From the IMG/VR virus record IMGVR_UViG_3300006139_000005, positions 1 to 26,049 of that record: a DNA stretch of 26,049 nt; one strand, 5' to 3'. The notes beneath the pieces were generated by a model. It did no database searches and had not been told where the DNA came from. It saw only the letters and a program-made list of their open reading frames with translations. This document shows positions 17,455 through 25,043 of this stretch, in pieces. The DNA comes from a virus (lineage: Duplodnaviria; Heunggongvirae; Uroviricota; Caudoviricetes). The position numbers were made by a program, and so were the translations under genes. Position 1 is the first letter of the stretch. Every line of letters starts with the position of its first letter.

Positions 17455-17555
17455 GAGACGCATCAATGAAAAAAGTGAAAATAGGAAATGTCTGTGCAAG
17501 ACTAAAAAATTGTAAAATTTGATAGAATTGTTTTTGAAATTGCTGTTAGCGTCTC
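17455..17555 (-). ncRNA. Stem+ACAGCAA element, copy B (skipping-rope-like)
   Basis: GAGACGC-TAACAGCAAT...GCGTCTC enclosing a long AU-rich loop. Confidence 0.55.
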
Positions 17556-17558
17556 AAC

Positions 17559-17618
17559 GGGACACGTTTTCTTCTTTTACCCAAAAAAAGTTTTTGTTGA
17601 GATTGCTGTTAGTGTCCC
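17559..17618 (-). ncRNA. Stem+ACAGCAA element, copy A (skipping-rope-like)
   Basis: GGGACAC-TAACAGCAAT...GTGTCCC. Confidence 0.55.
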
Positions 17619-17622
17619 AGAA

Positions 17623-17696
17623 TGGTAGAAGATGTCGGACTCGAACCGCTATTCCTACTCCCAAAGCAGGCGTGTTACCATTACACTACATCCTCT
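17623..17696 (-). tRNA. Atypical tRNA-Pro(UGG)
   Basis: CCTGC-TTTGGGA-GTAGG is a Pro-type arm, but the T-stem has two mismatches and the acceptor starts with A; CCA encoded. Confidence 0.7.
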
Positions 17697-17699
17697 ATA

Positions 17700-18116
17700 T
17701 GGTGGAGCCGGCGGGAATCGAACCCGCGTCCGAAATTCCTACATGAACAAGACCTTCTTACGCAATAGACGATTTTTCAGCGTTGCTTTTCAGCGGGCGC
17801 TTGCGATACCGTCAAATCTGTCCCAGGGCGCACAATGGTTTGCACACCTCCACCACCTTGTCTCTTTTAGCAGTAACAAGGAAAACTGCGCATTTGGACG
17901 TATCTTTACCTCATACATTCACCCGTCCAGTAGGTATGTCGTTTTGGAATCCTACCGTCAATCAGGCGGCAACCCTCTCAGCCACAAAAGCAGCAAAAGC
18001 GGGGTGGATCATTACAACAGTTTCAGAGTTGTCATTTCATTTTTTGTATGCCTTTAGGCGGTCATCTACCTGCGAGTCTTGCACTCTCAAAACCCCGTCG
18101 AATCCTTTACGGCCCC
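17700..18116 (-). ncRNA. ssrA: tmRNA
   Basis: 5' GGGGCCGTAAAGGATTCGAC; 3' T-arm GCGGG-TTCGATT-CCCGC then CGGCTCCACCA with G3:U70; internal tag frame ending GCC GCC TGA. Confidence 0.95.
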
Positions 18117-18143
18117 ATATGAAGTTGTCAAAGTGCCTATGCG

Positions 18144-18219
18144 TGGTCGGGGCAGAAAGAATTGAACTTCCGACATAACGATTATCAGTCGTGTGCTCTA
18201 CCAACTGAGCTATACCCCG
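18144..18219 (-). tRNA. tRNA-Ile(GAU)
   Basis: CACGA-CTGATAA-TCGTT; CCA encoded. Confidence 0.93.
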
Positions 18220-18334
18220 TTATCAACCGTGCGTCCGTAGAACCTCATCCATGGCTGATAGGCTTCTGACAGAGATAGCAGCTAAGTAATGAGCTGAACC
18301 ACACAAACGTCAGCATAGCCAACACGGTATGATC

Positions 18335-18410
18335 TGGTGGAACCAGGGAGGATTGAACTCCCGACCTCCTGCTTGCAAGGCAGGCGCTCTACCAACTGAG
18401 CTACGGCCCC
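18335..18410 (-). tRNA. tRNA-Ala(UGC)
   Basis: CCTGC-CTTGCAA-GCAGG; G3:U70; CCA encoded. Confidence 0.95.
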
Positions 18411-18434
18411 GTATCAGCGATTTTGTTCGCTACT

Positions 18435-19051
18435 TTGAAGAACTTAATCTCTCAATCACACTTATTACTGGGTCTTCACCCTACCTCCATTATCTTCTTT
18501 GTTGTTCCGCCACCAGGGAGACAAGTCTGAGCTTTGGGGAGCGACCCCTAACTTCTTGCCCCAGCGCATCAGCGCCATATCCTGCACGGGATTGTCTACC
18601 CGCAAATTTCACCGTTCATTCAGAAAATTTCATTATTGACCTGTATAGTCTACATACTTTCAAAATGAAAAGATGTTTTCAATCTGTCCTACGGCTACTT
18701 TAACCAGCGACTTTCGTTATAGCCGAATTTCTTCGGCATCAAGACAGAAGCACATTATTGGTTTTACCTCCGTATAATCGGCTACCACCCCGATATACTG
18801 CAAGGCTTATTCTCCACATGGAGCGTCTATTGCTGCGCCCGAAAGTTCTGTGCGTTACAAAGCGACAACTCTTAGCGACATACGTTTTTCTTGGCGGTTT
18901 CCGCCTCCTCGCCCTGCATCGCTGCATGACGACGATCCTCCCTGCAAGGTATCCCTCGCAGTTCCTACCGAAATTACCATATGCCTCGGAGTGCTGACAC
19001 ACTTTGTTCACCGAGTTAGTAATAAGCATGATTCAAAGATTAAGTTTTCAA
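18435..19051 (-). ncRNA. Large structured RNA, GOLLD-like (ROOL is the alternative)
   Basis: The two ends pair over ~31 bp and there are many internal hairpins. The 3' half has motifs I recall from GOLLD (CUGAAUGAACGGUGAAA, GGGGUCGCUCCCC, CUCAGACUU, GGGUGAAGACCC). The setting in a phage tRNA array fits both families. Confidence 0.72.
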
Positions 19052-19057
19052 GGAACA

Positions 19058-19133
19058 TGGAGCTGATGACAGGGGTCGAACCTGCGACCTACTGATTACA
19101 AATCAGTCGTTCTACCAACTGAACTACATCAGC
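19058..19133 (-). tRNA. tRNA-Thr(UGU)
   Basis: ACTGA-TTTGTAA-TCAGT; CCA encoded. Confidence 0.95.
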
Positions 19134-19159
19134 ATTGATTTTGTTCGTCGCTATGGTCA

Positions 19160-19188
19160 TACTATACCACAGGTTTCAGTGGATGTCA
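19160..19188 (-). promoter_or_regulatory. SigmaA-type promoter for the RNA island
   Basis: TTGACA-17 nt-TATAGT on the minus strand, with TG just upstream of the -10 box; ~26 nt before tRNA-Thr. Confidence 0.85.
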
Positions 19189-19209
19189 ATAGCGACGAAC
19201 AAAATTTTT

Positions 19210-19527
19210 TTATTTTTTTTCGGTTTTAGCCAGCAAGCTAAGTTTGTTGGGGTTTTGTGTCTTCACAGCGTCTTTTAAGTTGTCACCAGGACGAAATACC
19301 ACAACCTGGTAATCATCTATCCGCTTTTGCTCTCGTGTATGGATATCACGGACAAGGCTTCCCTTTCTCTTCTTCACTTCAAAAGTCCCGAACCCTCGGA
19401 TTGTTACCTTTTCTCCCTTAGTCAGCGCCTCAGCAATGACGCGAAACACATCATTGATAACAGCTCCAGCCTGGTTCTTATAGTAGTCCATCTCAGACAA
19501 TGCAAGGACAAGATCGTTCTTGAGCAC
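19210..19527 (-). CDS. hup: HU family DNA-binding protein
   Basis: GEKVTIRGFGTFEVKKRK and VVFRPGDNLK signatures; SD AGGAGTGA supports GTG at 19527. Confidence 0.9.
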   Translation of the reverse strand: MLKNDLVLALSEMDYYKNQAGAVINDVFRVIAEALTKGEKVTIRGFGTFEVKKRKGSLVRDIHTREQKRIDDYQVVVFRPGDNLKDAVKTQNPNKLSLLAKTEKK

Positions 19528-19537
19528 AAAATCACTC

Positions 19538-20764
19538 CTAACCAAGTTTAATCTGATAATAGGCATCGGCACCAATTCCAGGTTTGAACACCATCATCAG
19601 TTGACCAGGCGTAGAATACAACCGCTTTCCATTTGCGTATTCATCAGTTCCACAAAGGCTTCTGACGATCATACTGTCAATTCCAAGTTCTTCAAACTCT
19701 TCCTTGTGGTGTTTATCGGCAAGAATTACATAATCAATTCCAGAGCCGTATTTCTTTACAAAGAGAGTATTCAATGTTCTACCAGCGTTTTTCACACTGT
19801 CAAGATCGCCATGTGTAGCGCAGATTTGATATCCACACACATTAAAATATAAGAACTCGTAATACTCCGCCTCTGGGAATTGCACATCGCCTCTGTCGCC
19901 CAACCGCTGCTCCAGCCACCAGGGAATCAAGCGCTCCATGTTATCAGCATGGATGCTATCTTGCTTATTCTGCACAGTGCGCAGATGATTCCCGTATGTA
20001 GCGTGTACGACGGTTTCTTCTACTGTGTCCGCTAAGGCATTCACTGCCTGAGCAATAATTTCAGAGACTTGCATCACCTGGTCACAAACAAGTTCTTCAG
20101 ACGCTACTCGTGCGCTGGTATGAATGGCTCCATGGGCCATATCGCCAAGCAGAAGGATATGCAGTTTGCGACATCTATGCAGCTTGATTCGCTCAATCGC
20201 AGTCTCTACTAAATGTTCTACACGGCGGCGACAAACCTCTGTATTATACCGTTCCCAAATATTATCCGTTGTCATTCCGTAGTGCCAATCAGCAAATACA
20301 ATGACAGCTTCATTATCGTCATAGGTATAAACAACCGACTTATCTACACACAACGGTTCAGTCTCATTTAGGATATTTGCAGCCTCAACAAGACGATCTT
20401 CCAGATTCTCAGATCTACCAATCCGATCTACCAATTTGTTGAACTCACGTCGTTGATCAAAGAATCGTTTTGCTTCCTTCCTTGCCTCTGCAATCTTCAC
20501 ATCCAGTTCAGAAAGATACGCCTCTTTGTCAGGCCGTCCATCAGCAGCATATTTGCGCTTAAAATATTGCGCAACAGCATAACCAGAGTATGGTGTGACA
20601 GACACCGCTTTTCTGAGGCTGTCGCGGTGACAATCCAGTTGAGCCGCCTCTACAATATCTTCCCAATCCAAGTCGTCCGGTTTCTGTTCCATCTTAATCT
20701 CGATGAGCCGAAGACCATACTCATAAAGATCCTCCCCTTCTTTTCGTTCATACTTTGGGTTCAC
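19538..20764 (-). CDS. Calcineurin-like metallophosphoesterase (YonJ-like)
   Basis: Metal-ligand motifs DWH, GD, GNH, HGD and DKHH; SD GAGGTG supports GTG at 20764. Confidence 0.8.
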   Translation of the reverse strand: MNPKYERKEGEDLYEYGLRLIEIKMEQKPDDLDWEDIVEAAQLDCHRDSLRKAVSVTPYSGYAVAQYFKRKYAADGRPDKEAYLSELDVKIAEARKEAKRFFDQRREFNKLVDRIGRSENLEDRLVEAANILNETEPLCVDKSVVYTYDDNEAVIVFADWHYGMTTDNIWERYNTEVCRRRVEHLVETAIERIKLHRCRKLHILLLGDMAHGAIHTSARVASEELVCDQVMQVSEIIAQAVNALADTVEETVVHATYGNHLRTVQNKQDSIHADNMERLIPWWLEQRLGDRGDVQFPEAEYYEFLYFNVCGYQICATHGDLDSVKNAGRTLNTLFVKKYGSGIDYVILADKHHKEEFEELGIDSMIVRSLCGTDEYANGKRLYSTPGQLMMVFKPGIGADAYYQIKLG

Positions 20765-20772
20765 GAATAGTT

Positions 20773-20967
20773 TCACCTCTCTTCTGACGGCGGCAAATTT
20801 ATTCGCCGTTCAATCGTCAGCGTAATATCGGGTACGCCATCCCATCGTTTTAAGATTTCAGTAATGCTAAATGAACTTACACCGTCCCGATGGAACTCAG
20901 TCAAAGTTCCATCGGAGCAGTCGATCATAGCATTAGTATATTGCTCTCGCTTTTCCTGAAAGGCCAT
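20773..20967 (-). CDS. YonK-like small protein
   Basis: 64 aa; the pattern TE...EILKRWDG..ITLTI....LP resembles SPbeta YonK as I recall it; directly upstream of the YonJ-like gene. Confidence 0.65.
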   Translation of the reverse strand: MAFQEKREQYTNAMIDCSDGTLTEFHRDGVSSFSITEILKRWDGVPDITLTIERRINLPPSEER

Positions 20968-21200
20968 TAGTTTTCACCGCACTGTTTCCTACGTGCCTCA
21001 CGCAAAGCGTGTTGCCGGTCAAACTCTTTCACGCGATCTGCGGCAGCAGAGTTACTATGAGCAATGGCCCGCATCAGCTCTTCGCTCTCTGTGCAGAAAT
21101 AATGGTGACGTTTTGAACGCTGCTTCATAGTGCGTGGATACGTATAGTTTGGGTACAGCTTTGCCAAAAGCATTTTCTCTTCTTTGGTAATCGAGATCAC
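20967..21200 (-). CDS. Small hypothetical protein
   Basis: SD AAAGGA supports GTG at 21200; its stop overlaps the next ATG. Confidence 0.65.
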   Translation of the reverse strand: MISITKEEKMLLAKLYPNYTYPRTMKQRSKRHHYFCTESEELMRAIAHSNSAAADRVKEFDRQHALREARRKQCGEN

Positions 21201-21363
21201 AAAACTCATCCTTTTCAAATAAATTTGAGGGCTATGCTATCTCCCTCATAATTTGACCAAAAAAATTGAATCGCTAACCGCCGAAAATACTCGTCGGTTA
21301 GGCATGGTCGTTTCAGAATTTTTCGACCGAAAAGCAATAATTTTTGCTCGTTTTTGTATGTTT

Positions 21364-24198
21364 TTAATAAATGCAATTCACAAGGTTTGGTGGAATCACC
21401 ATAGACTTTTGAAAACGGAATCCATAAATTTCAATACTTCCTGCCGCATTCTCATCTTCCGTCAGCACAGAAATTGGTGTACGACTCTGCTCAATCAAAT
21501 CAATAAAGTTTTGATTTGGTAAAGAAAACAAGGCATAGAAAAGAGTTCTGAAAATATCCTTATTGGCTGGATCTTCGATTGCAAGCAACAAATGATATGC
21601 GGTATGCCAGCTCAACTTAATGTTTTTTACATAATCAAGATATTCTTGCCGCACTTCATTAACCAGGATAGCTTTACTATAATTATCCAAATCCTCATTC
21701 GTTCCATTCCATATCGCTTGAATCTTAGTTCTCATATCTCGAACAATCTCCAACACACGATTTACCTGCGAATATTTCACAGAATGAACAGAATGATCTT
21801 TGCCTTGAACTAACAATGCAGAAAATGGAAGAAATTCTCTTTTCGCACCACCAATTCTGAACGCATTCAAGCTATGCTGCAAGTAATCCATTGTTGTATT
21901 GTGGAATTTATAGTTCTTTCGATCACTGTCGTAATAGCCTTTCATACGGGCGATCTTACCCAAGAAATTTGGTTTCACCTGTCTACCGTCATCATCCCTT
22001 ACCTCATGCTTTTTTCTTAACCGTTTGATTTCTGCAACGCTATCCACCGCATACTCTCTCTTGGCCTTGTCAATCTCGATATTGCTCAGTACATCCAGCT
22101 GGGCAATTTCACAATACAGCTCTTCAATATCCGTAAAGCTCTGGCCGCTATTCAATGCGTCCCACAGTTTCGTATTCAGCTCTTGAGAGAGATTGACAAT
22201 TTCACCAATCTTATTGACTGAGGTTTTAATATCCAAGTCGGCCTGGTCAGCACAGGTATAGTGACGGACAATTTTCTTAGCATCAACCAGACTGGTTGGC
22301 ACCAAGAAACGGTGATAGTTACGCTCTGCTGCACCAATCAAGATAGGATTATCCGTCAGCAGCATAGTGTCAGAGTCAAAATCGGCACCAGAAAGCCGGA
22401 ACAGTGTGTTTTCCTCAATACTGTTGATGCACACGATCTCATTGGTTAAGTTGAAAAACTGTTCTACTTCATTATTTTCTCGATTCTTTGCCAAAAGAAT
22501 ATTCCCCATCGTCACATGAGGACTGCGAGAACCAAGAATTGTTTGATTGAACCGAAACCGTTTGCTGTAAATGTTCCCAGTTCCAATCTGGCTTGTACCA
22601 TCGAACTTTCCAACAGATGCAAAAAGCATCTCCATTGGATTTCCAAGCAAAGTAGAATAGTTGCCGTCAACAAGAATATGACCTCTCCGTATATCTTTCT
22701 TAAACGCTTTACAAATATCATGTTTGAAATCGTCATACAACTTAGTCTGTGCGAACCTATCTGTAACACCAAGCATTTGATAAACAATGTCATTCGTCGA
22801 TGGAGCGGCAGTTAGAGGCTTCTCTTCACCAGCATAACGAATATGATATCGCAGCACAGCAGGGTCGGTTTGAATCATACGCAGGTAGTCCAATGACGGC
22901 CTAACCAACAGATCAACCTCTTCCTGGGCCATCTGTAAGGTATTCAGAAGCTGATAGTGAATCTGAACCATTCTCCCACCAAAGAAATCTGTCGGCTTTT
23001 CATACTTCACCACACCAAAATCGCCGTCGTCTTCCAACAGTCGCAGCCAATCTTCCAGAGTACCAAATTTCACATATTTAATACTGCTTGGTGTTGTAAT
23101 CACTTTGATTTCATTCACAGATTTTGCAAGAGTGAACCCATTCAACTGCGAGACTTCTGTAATTCCTTGCTCCGCAAAGAAATTCTGGATATTGCAGTTG
23201 AAACAGGCCGACTTAAAGAAACGGTTACGGAGCAAAATCATACCATGTTGGTTATACTCCGCCATTGCGCTCTTGTCGATAAGAGACTGACCATCCCAGA
23301 TGCTATTCTCCACTTCAACATCCTCTGGTTTAGAGGACAGCCATCCATCGTCGCCAAGCCGTGTCGCAATCACTTTATCTTTGAATGTACTTGTAAAATC
23401 ATCAATCACAAGGAAACTTTCAGGCCGCAGTTGAATTGTCCCGATAATGCTGCTCAATGTCAATGCAATGTACGCCTCGAATCCAGCAAGATCCATTTCC
23501 TGCCCTTGACGAACACGTAAGCCACACTGCTCCCACTTGTGCATACGAGGGTAAAGTTTTTCGTCAATAAACAAACACTTACCGACCCGCCCACTGCCCG
23601 CAGACCGCTTAAACCGCTGAAAGTGGATTCCATCGCAGTCAAAGCCATCGTGATACAAACGGTCACGAAGTTGGGCAGCAGTAAATAGAACCTTCATGTT
23701 CTTCCCCAACTTGTAAGCGCCATCTTCAAAAACGAACAAGGAACCAAGCACAGACGCTGCAACCGGATTGTTTACTGGTTCATCAATCCGCACTGCAATC
23801 AACTCTCCATCTTTTATACAGATGCTATCCACAAGATCCACGTCACTTGGCAAATATCCATATTTGATATATGTCTTGTCGAAGAAGCGATTGAACTCCT
23901 TGATGCTGTACTTGAATGTCACATTGATAACACGACGGCAAAATTCCTTCCCTCGTTTGCTGAATGTGAAATCCATTCTGCGATAAACCTTCTCATAGAT
24001 TTCACGCAATTTGATTAAGTCCAAGCTGTAATCCAGCGTATTTATAAACCGTTTGGTATTAAACTCCCCATGGTTCTCTCCACCACTATACCGCACGGTA
24101 TACCCTGTGCAACGGCTATTGGAATAGTTAGACAAAAACAAATCTTTTGCATCCGCAGATACAATATACACTGAACCGTTAATAGGACTACCCTCCAT
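21364..24198 (-). CDS. yonO: YonO-type single-subunit RNA polymerase (RdRP-like double-psi barrel family)
   Basis: RFKRSAGSGRVGKCLF, RSPH and catalytic RLSGADFDSD. The start is uncertain (ATG 24198 or ATT 24183). Confidence 0.85.
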   Translation of the reverse strand: MEGSPINGSVYIVSADAKDLFLSNYSNSRCTGYTVRYSGGENHGEFNTKRFINTLDYSLDLIKLREIYEKVYRRMDFTFSKRGKEFCRRVINVTFKYSIKEFNRFFDKTYIKYGYLPSDVDLVDSICIKDGELIAVRIDEPVNNPVAASVLGSLFVFEDGAYKLGKNMKVLFTAAQLRDRLYHDGFDCDGIHFQRFKRSAGSGRVGKCLFIDEKLYPRMHKWEQCGLRVRQGQEMDLAGFEAYIALTLSSIIGTIQLRPESFLVIDDFTSTFKDKVIATRLGDDGWLSSKPEDVEVENSIWDGQSLIDKSAMAEYNQHGMILLRNRFFKSACFNCNIQNFFAEQGITEVSQLNGFTLAKSVNEIKVITTPSSIKYVKFGTLEDWLRLLEDDGDFGVVKYEKPTDFFGGRMVQIHYQLLNTLQMAQEEVDLLVRPSLDYLRMIQTDPAVLRYHIRYAGEEKPLTAAPSTNDIVYQMLGVTDRFAQTKLYDDFKHDICKAFKKDIRRGHILVDGNYSTLLGNPMEMLFASVGKFDGTSQIGTGNIYSKRFRFNQTILGSRSPHVTMGNILLAKNRENNEVEQFFNLTNEIVCINSIEENTLFRLSGADFDSDTMLLTDNPILIGAAERNYHRFLVPTSLVDAKKIVRHYTCADQADLDIKTSVNKIGEIVNLSQELNTKLWDALNSGQSFTDIEELYCEIAQLDVLSNIEIDKAKREYAVDSVAEIKRLRKKHEVRDDDGRQVKPNFLGKIARMKGYYDSDRKNYKFHNTTMDYLQHSLNAFRIGGAKREFLPFSALLVQGKDHSVHSVKYSQVNRVLEIVRDMRTKIQAIWNGTNEDLDNYSKAILVNEVRQEYLDYVKNIKLSWHTAYHLLLAIEDPANKDIFRTLFYALFSLPNQNFIDLIEQSRTPISVLTEDENAAGSIEIYGFRFQKSMVIPPNLVNCIY

Positions 24199-24526
24199 TC
24201 TGAACCAGAACCAGATCACCATACCAGAACAACCACTTAGGTTCTTCAGCAAGTTCGACTATCGCAGAAAAACCATCATTGCGTTTCCGATAAAGACGGA
24301 CAGTGAAAACCTTATCACGAGAGGATTCCACAAACTCCTTATACTCTTCAGTTGTGTGTGCATAATCACTACGGCTTACAATACGGTCTACATCCAGTCT
24401 TACTTTATTGCCATCCAGCAAATGATTTTCAATTTCCTGAGAGAGCTTATTAAGTTTGTCTGCTGCATACTCTCGTGCGGTTTTCCCGTGTTTCTTCTTA
24501 AAAGCCCTACGTTGCTCACGATTCAC
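24188..24526 (-). CDS. Hypothetical phage protein
   Basis: SD AAGGGG supports GTG at 24526; N-terminus NREQRR. Confidence 0.7.
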   Translation of the reverse strand: MNREQRRAFKKKHGKTAREYAADKLNKLSQEIENHLLDGNKVRLDVDRIVSRSDYAHTTEEYKEFVESSRDKVFTVRLYRKRNDGFSAIVELAEEPKWLFWYGDLVLVQNGG

Positions 24527-24716
24527 TGTCAAACATCCCCTTATCAGAATAGTTGTTAATCATATGTTGATACTCTTCGGTGTTTTCTTTCAAGATGCTG
24601 GAGTAGTAATCCTCATTATCTCCAGCATCATCAGCTGGCGTAAAGTCAGAGCAACGCCCTGGACACTCCATGCCACACTGATCTTTCCAAATGCACTCTT
24701 GACTCGCGGTGTTCAT
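24516..24716 (-). CDS. Small Cys-rich hypothetical protein
   Basis: SD AAGGAGG; four Cys in C-x4-C-x3-C-x3-C. Confidence 0.7.
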   Translation of the reverse strand: MNTASQECIWKDQCGMECPGRCSDFTPADDAGDNEDYYSSILKENTEEYQHMINNYSDKGMFDSES

Positions 24717-25042
24717 CAGCTACCTCCTTCCGTTGTCACCGCTGCGCCAGCTTTCCTTAAATCCTCTAAACGCTTCTGTCTCGCTAATTCAAGTCTTGCT
24801 TTTGACGCCGCTTTTTGTTCTGCTGTTAAGTTACTCTTTTTCTTTGGTCTAATTTTCAGCCAATCAGCTGGGAGGCGAACCAAAATACTCCCATCTTTGT
24901 TTACATACCGAATATCAACCTCATCTGGGTGCTCCTCTTTCAATTTCCAAATGAGTTTAATCCACTTCTTTTCAGAAGTAGAAAATGTAGCAGTTTTATC
25001 ACCAGAGATATGATCCCATCCTGTCTCTTTGAAATCATCCAC
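24716..25042 (-). CDS. Hypothetical phage protein
   Basis: SD AGGTGGTG supports GTG at 25042, just after the helicase stop; basic C-terminus. Confidence 0.7.
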   Translation of the reverse strand: MDDFKETGWDHISGDKTATFSTSEKKWIKLIWKLKEEHPDEVDIRYVNKDGSILVRLPADWLKIRPKKKSNLTAEQKAASKARLELARQKRLEDLRKAGAAVTTEGGS

Positions 25043-25043
25043 C

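Noticed and set aside
14989-17618. ACAGCAA repeats as a CRISPR array
   Set aside because: The copies are irregularly spaced, separated by tRNAs and divergent in the stems, and there are no cas genes.
15018-19095. Short ORFs on both strands across the RNA island, other than 16121-16357
   Set aside because: They overlap tRNAs, tmRNA or structured RNAs and lack SD sequences.
12050-24198. Inteins or introns in the terminase or RNA polymerase
   Set aside because: Both ORFs are continuous, of plausible length, and show no intein splice or homing-endonuclease motifs.
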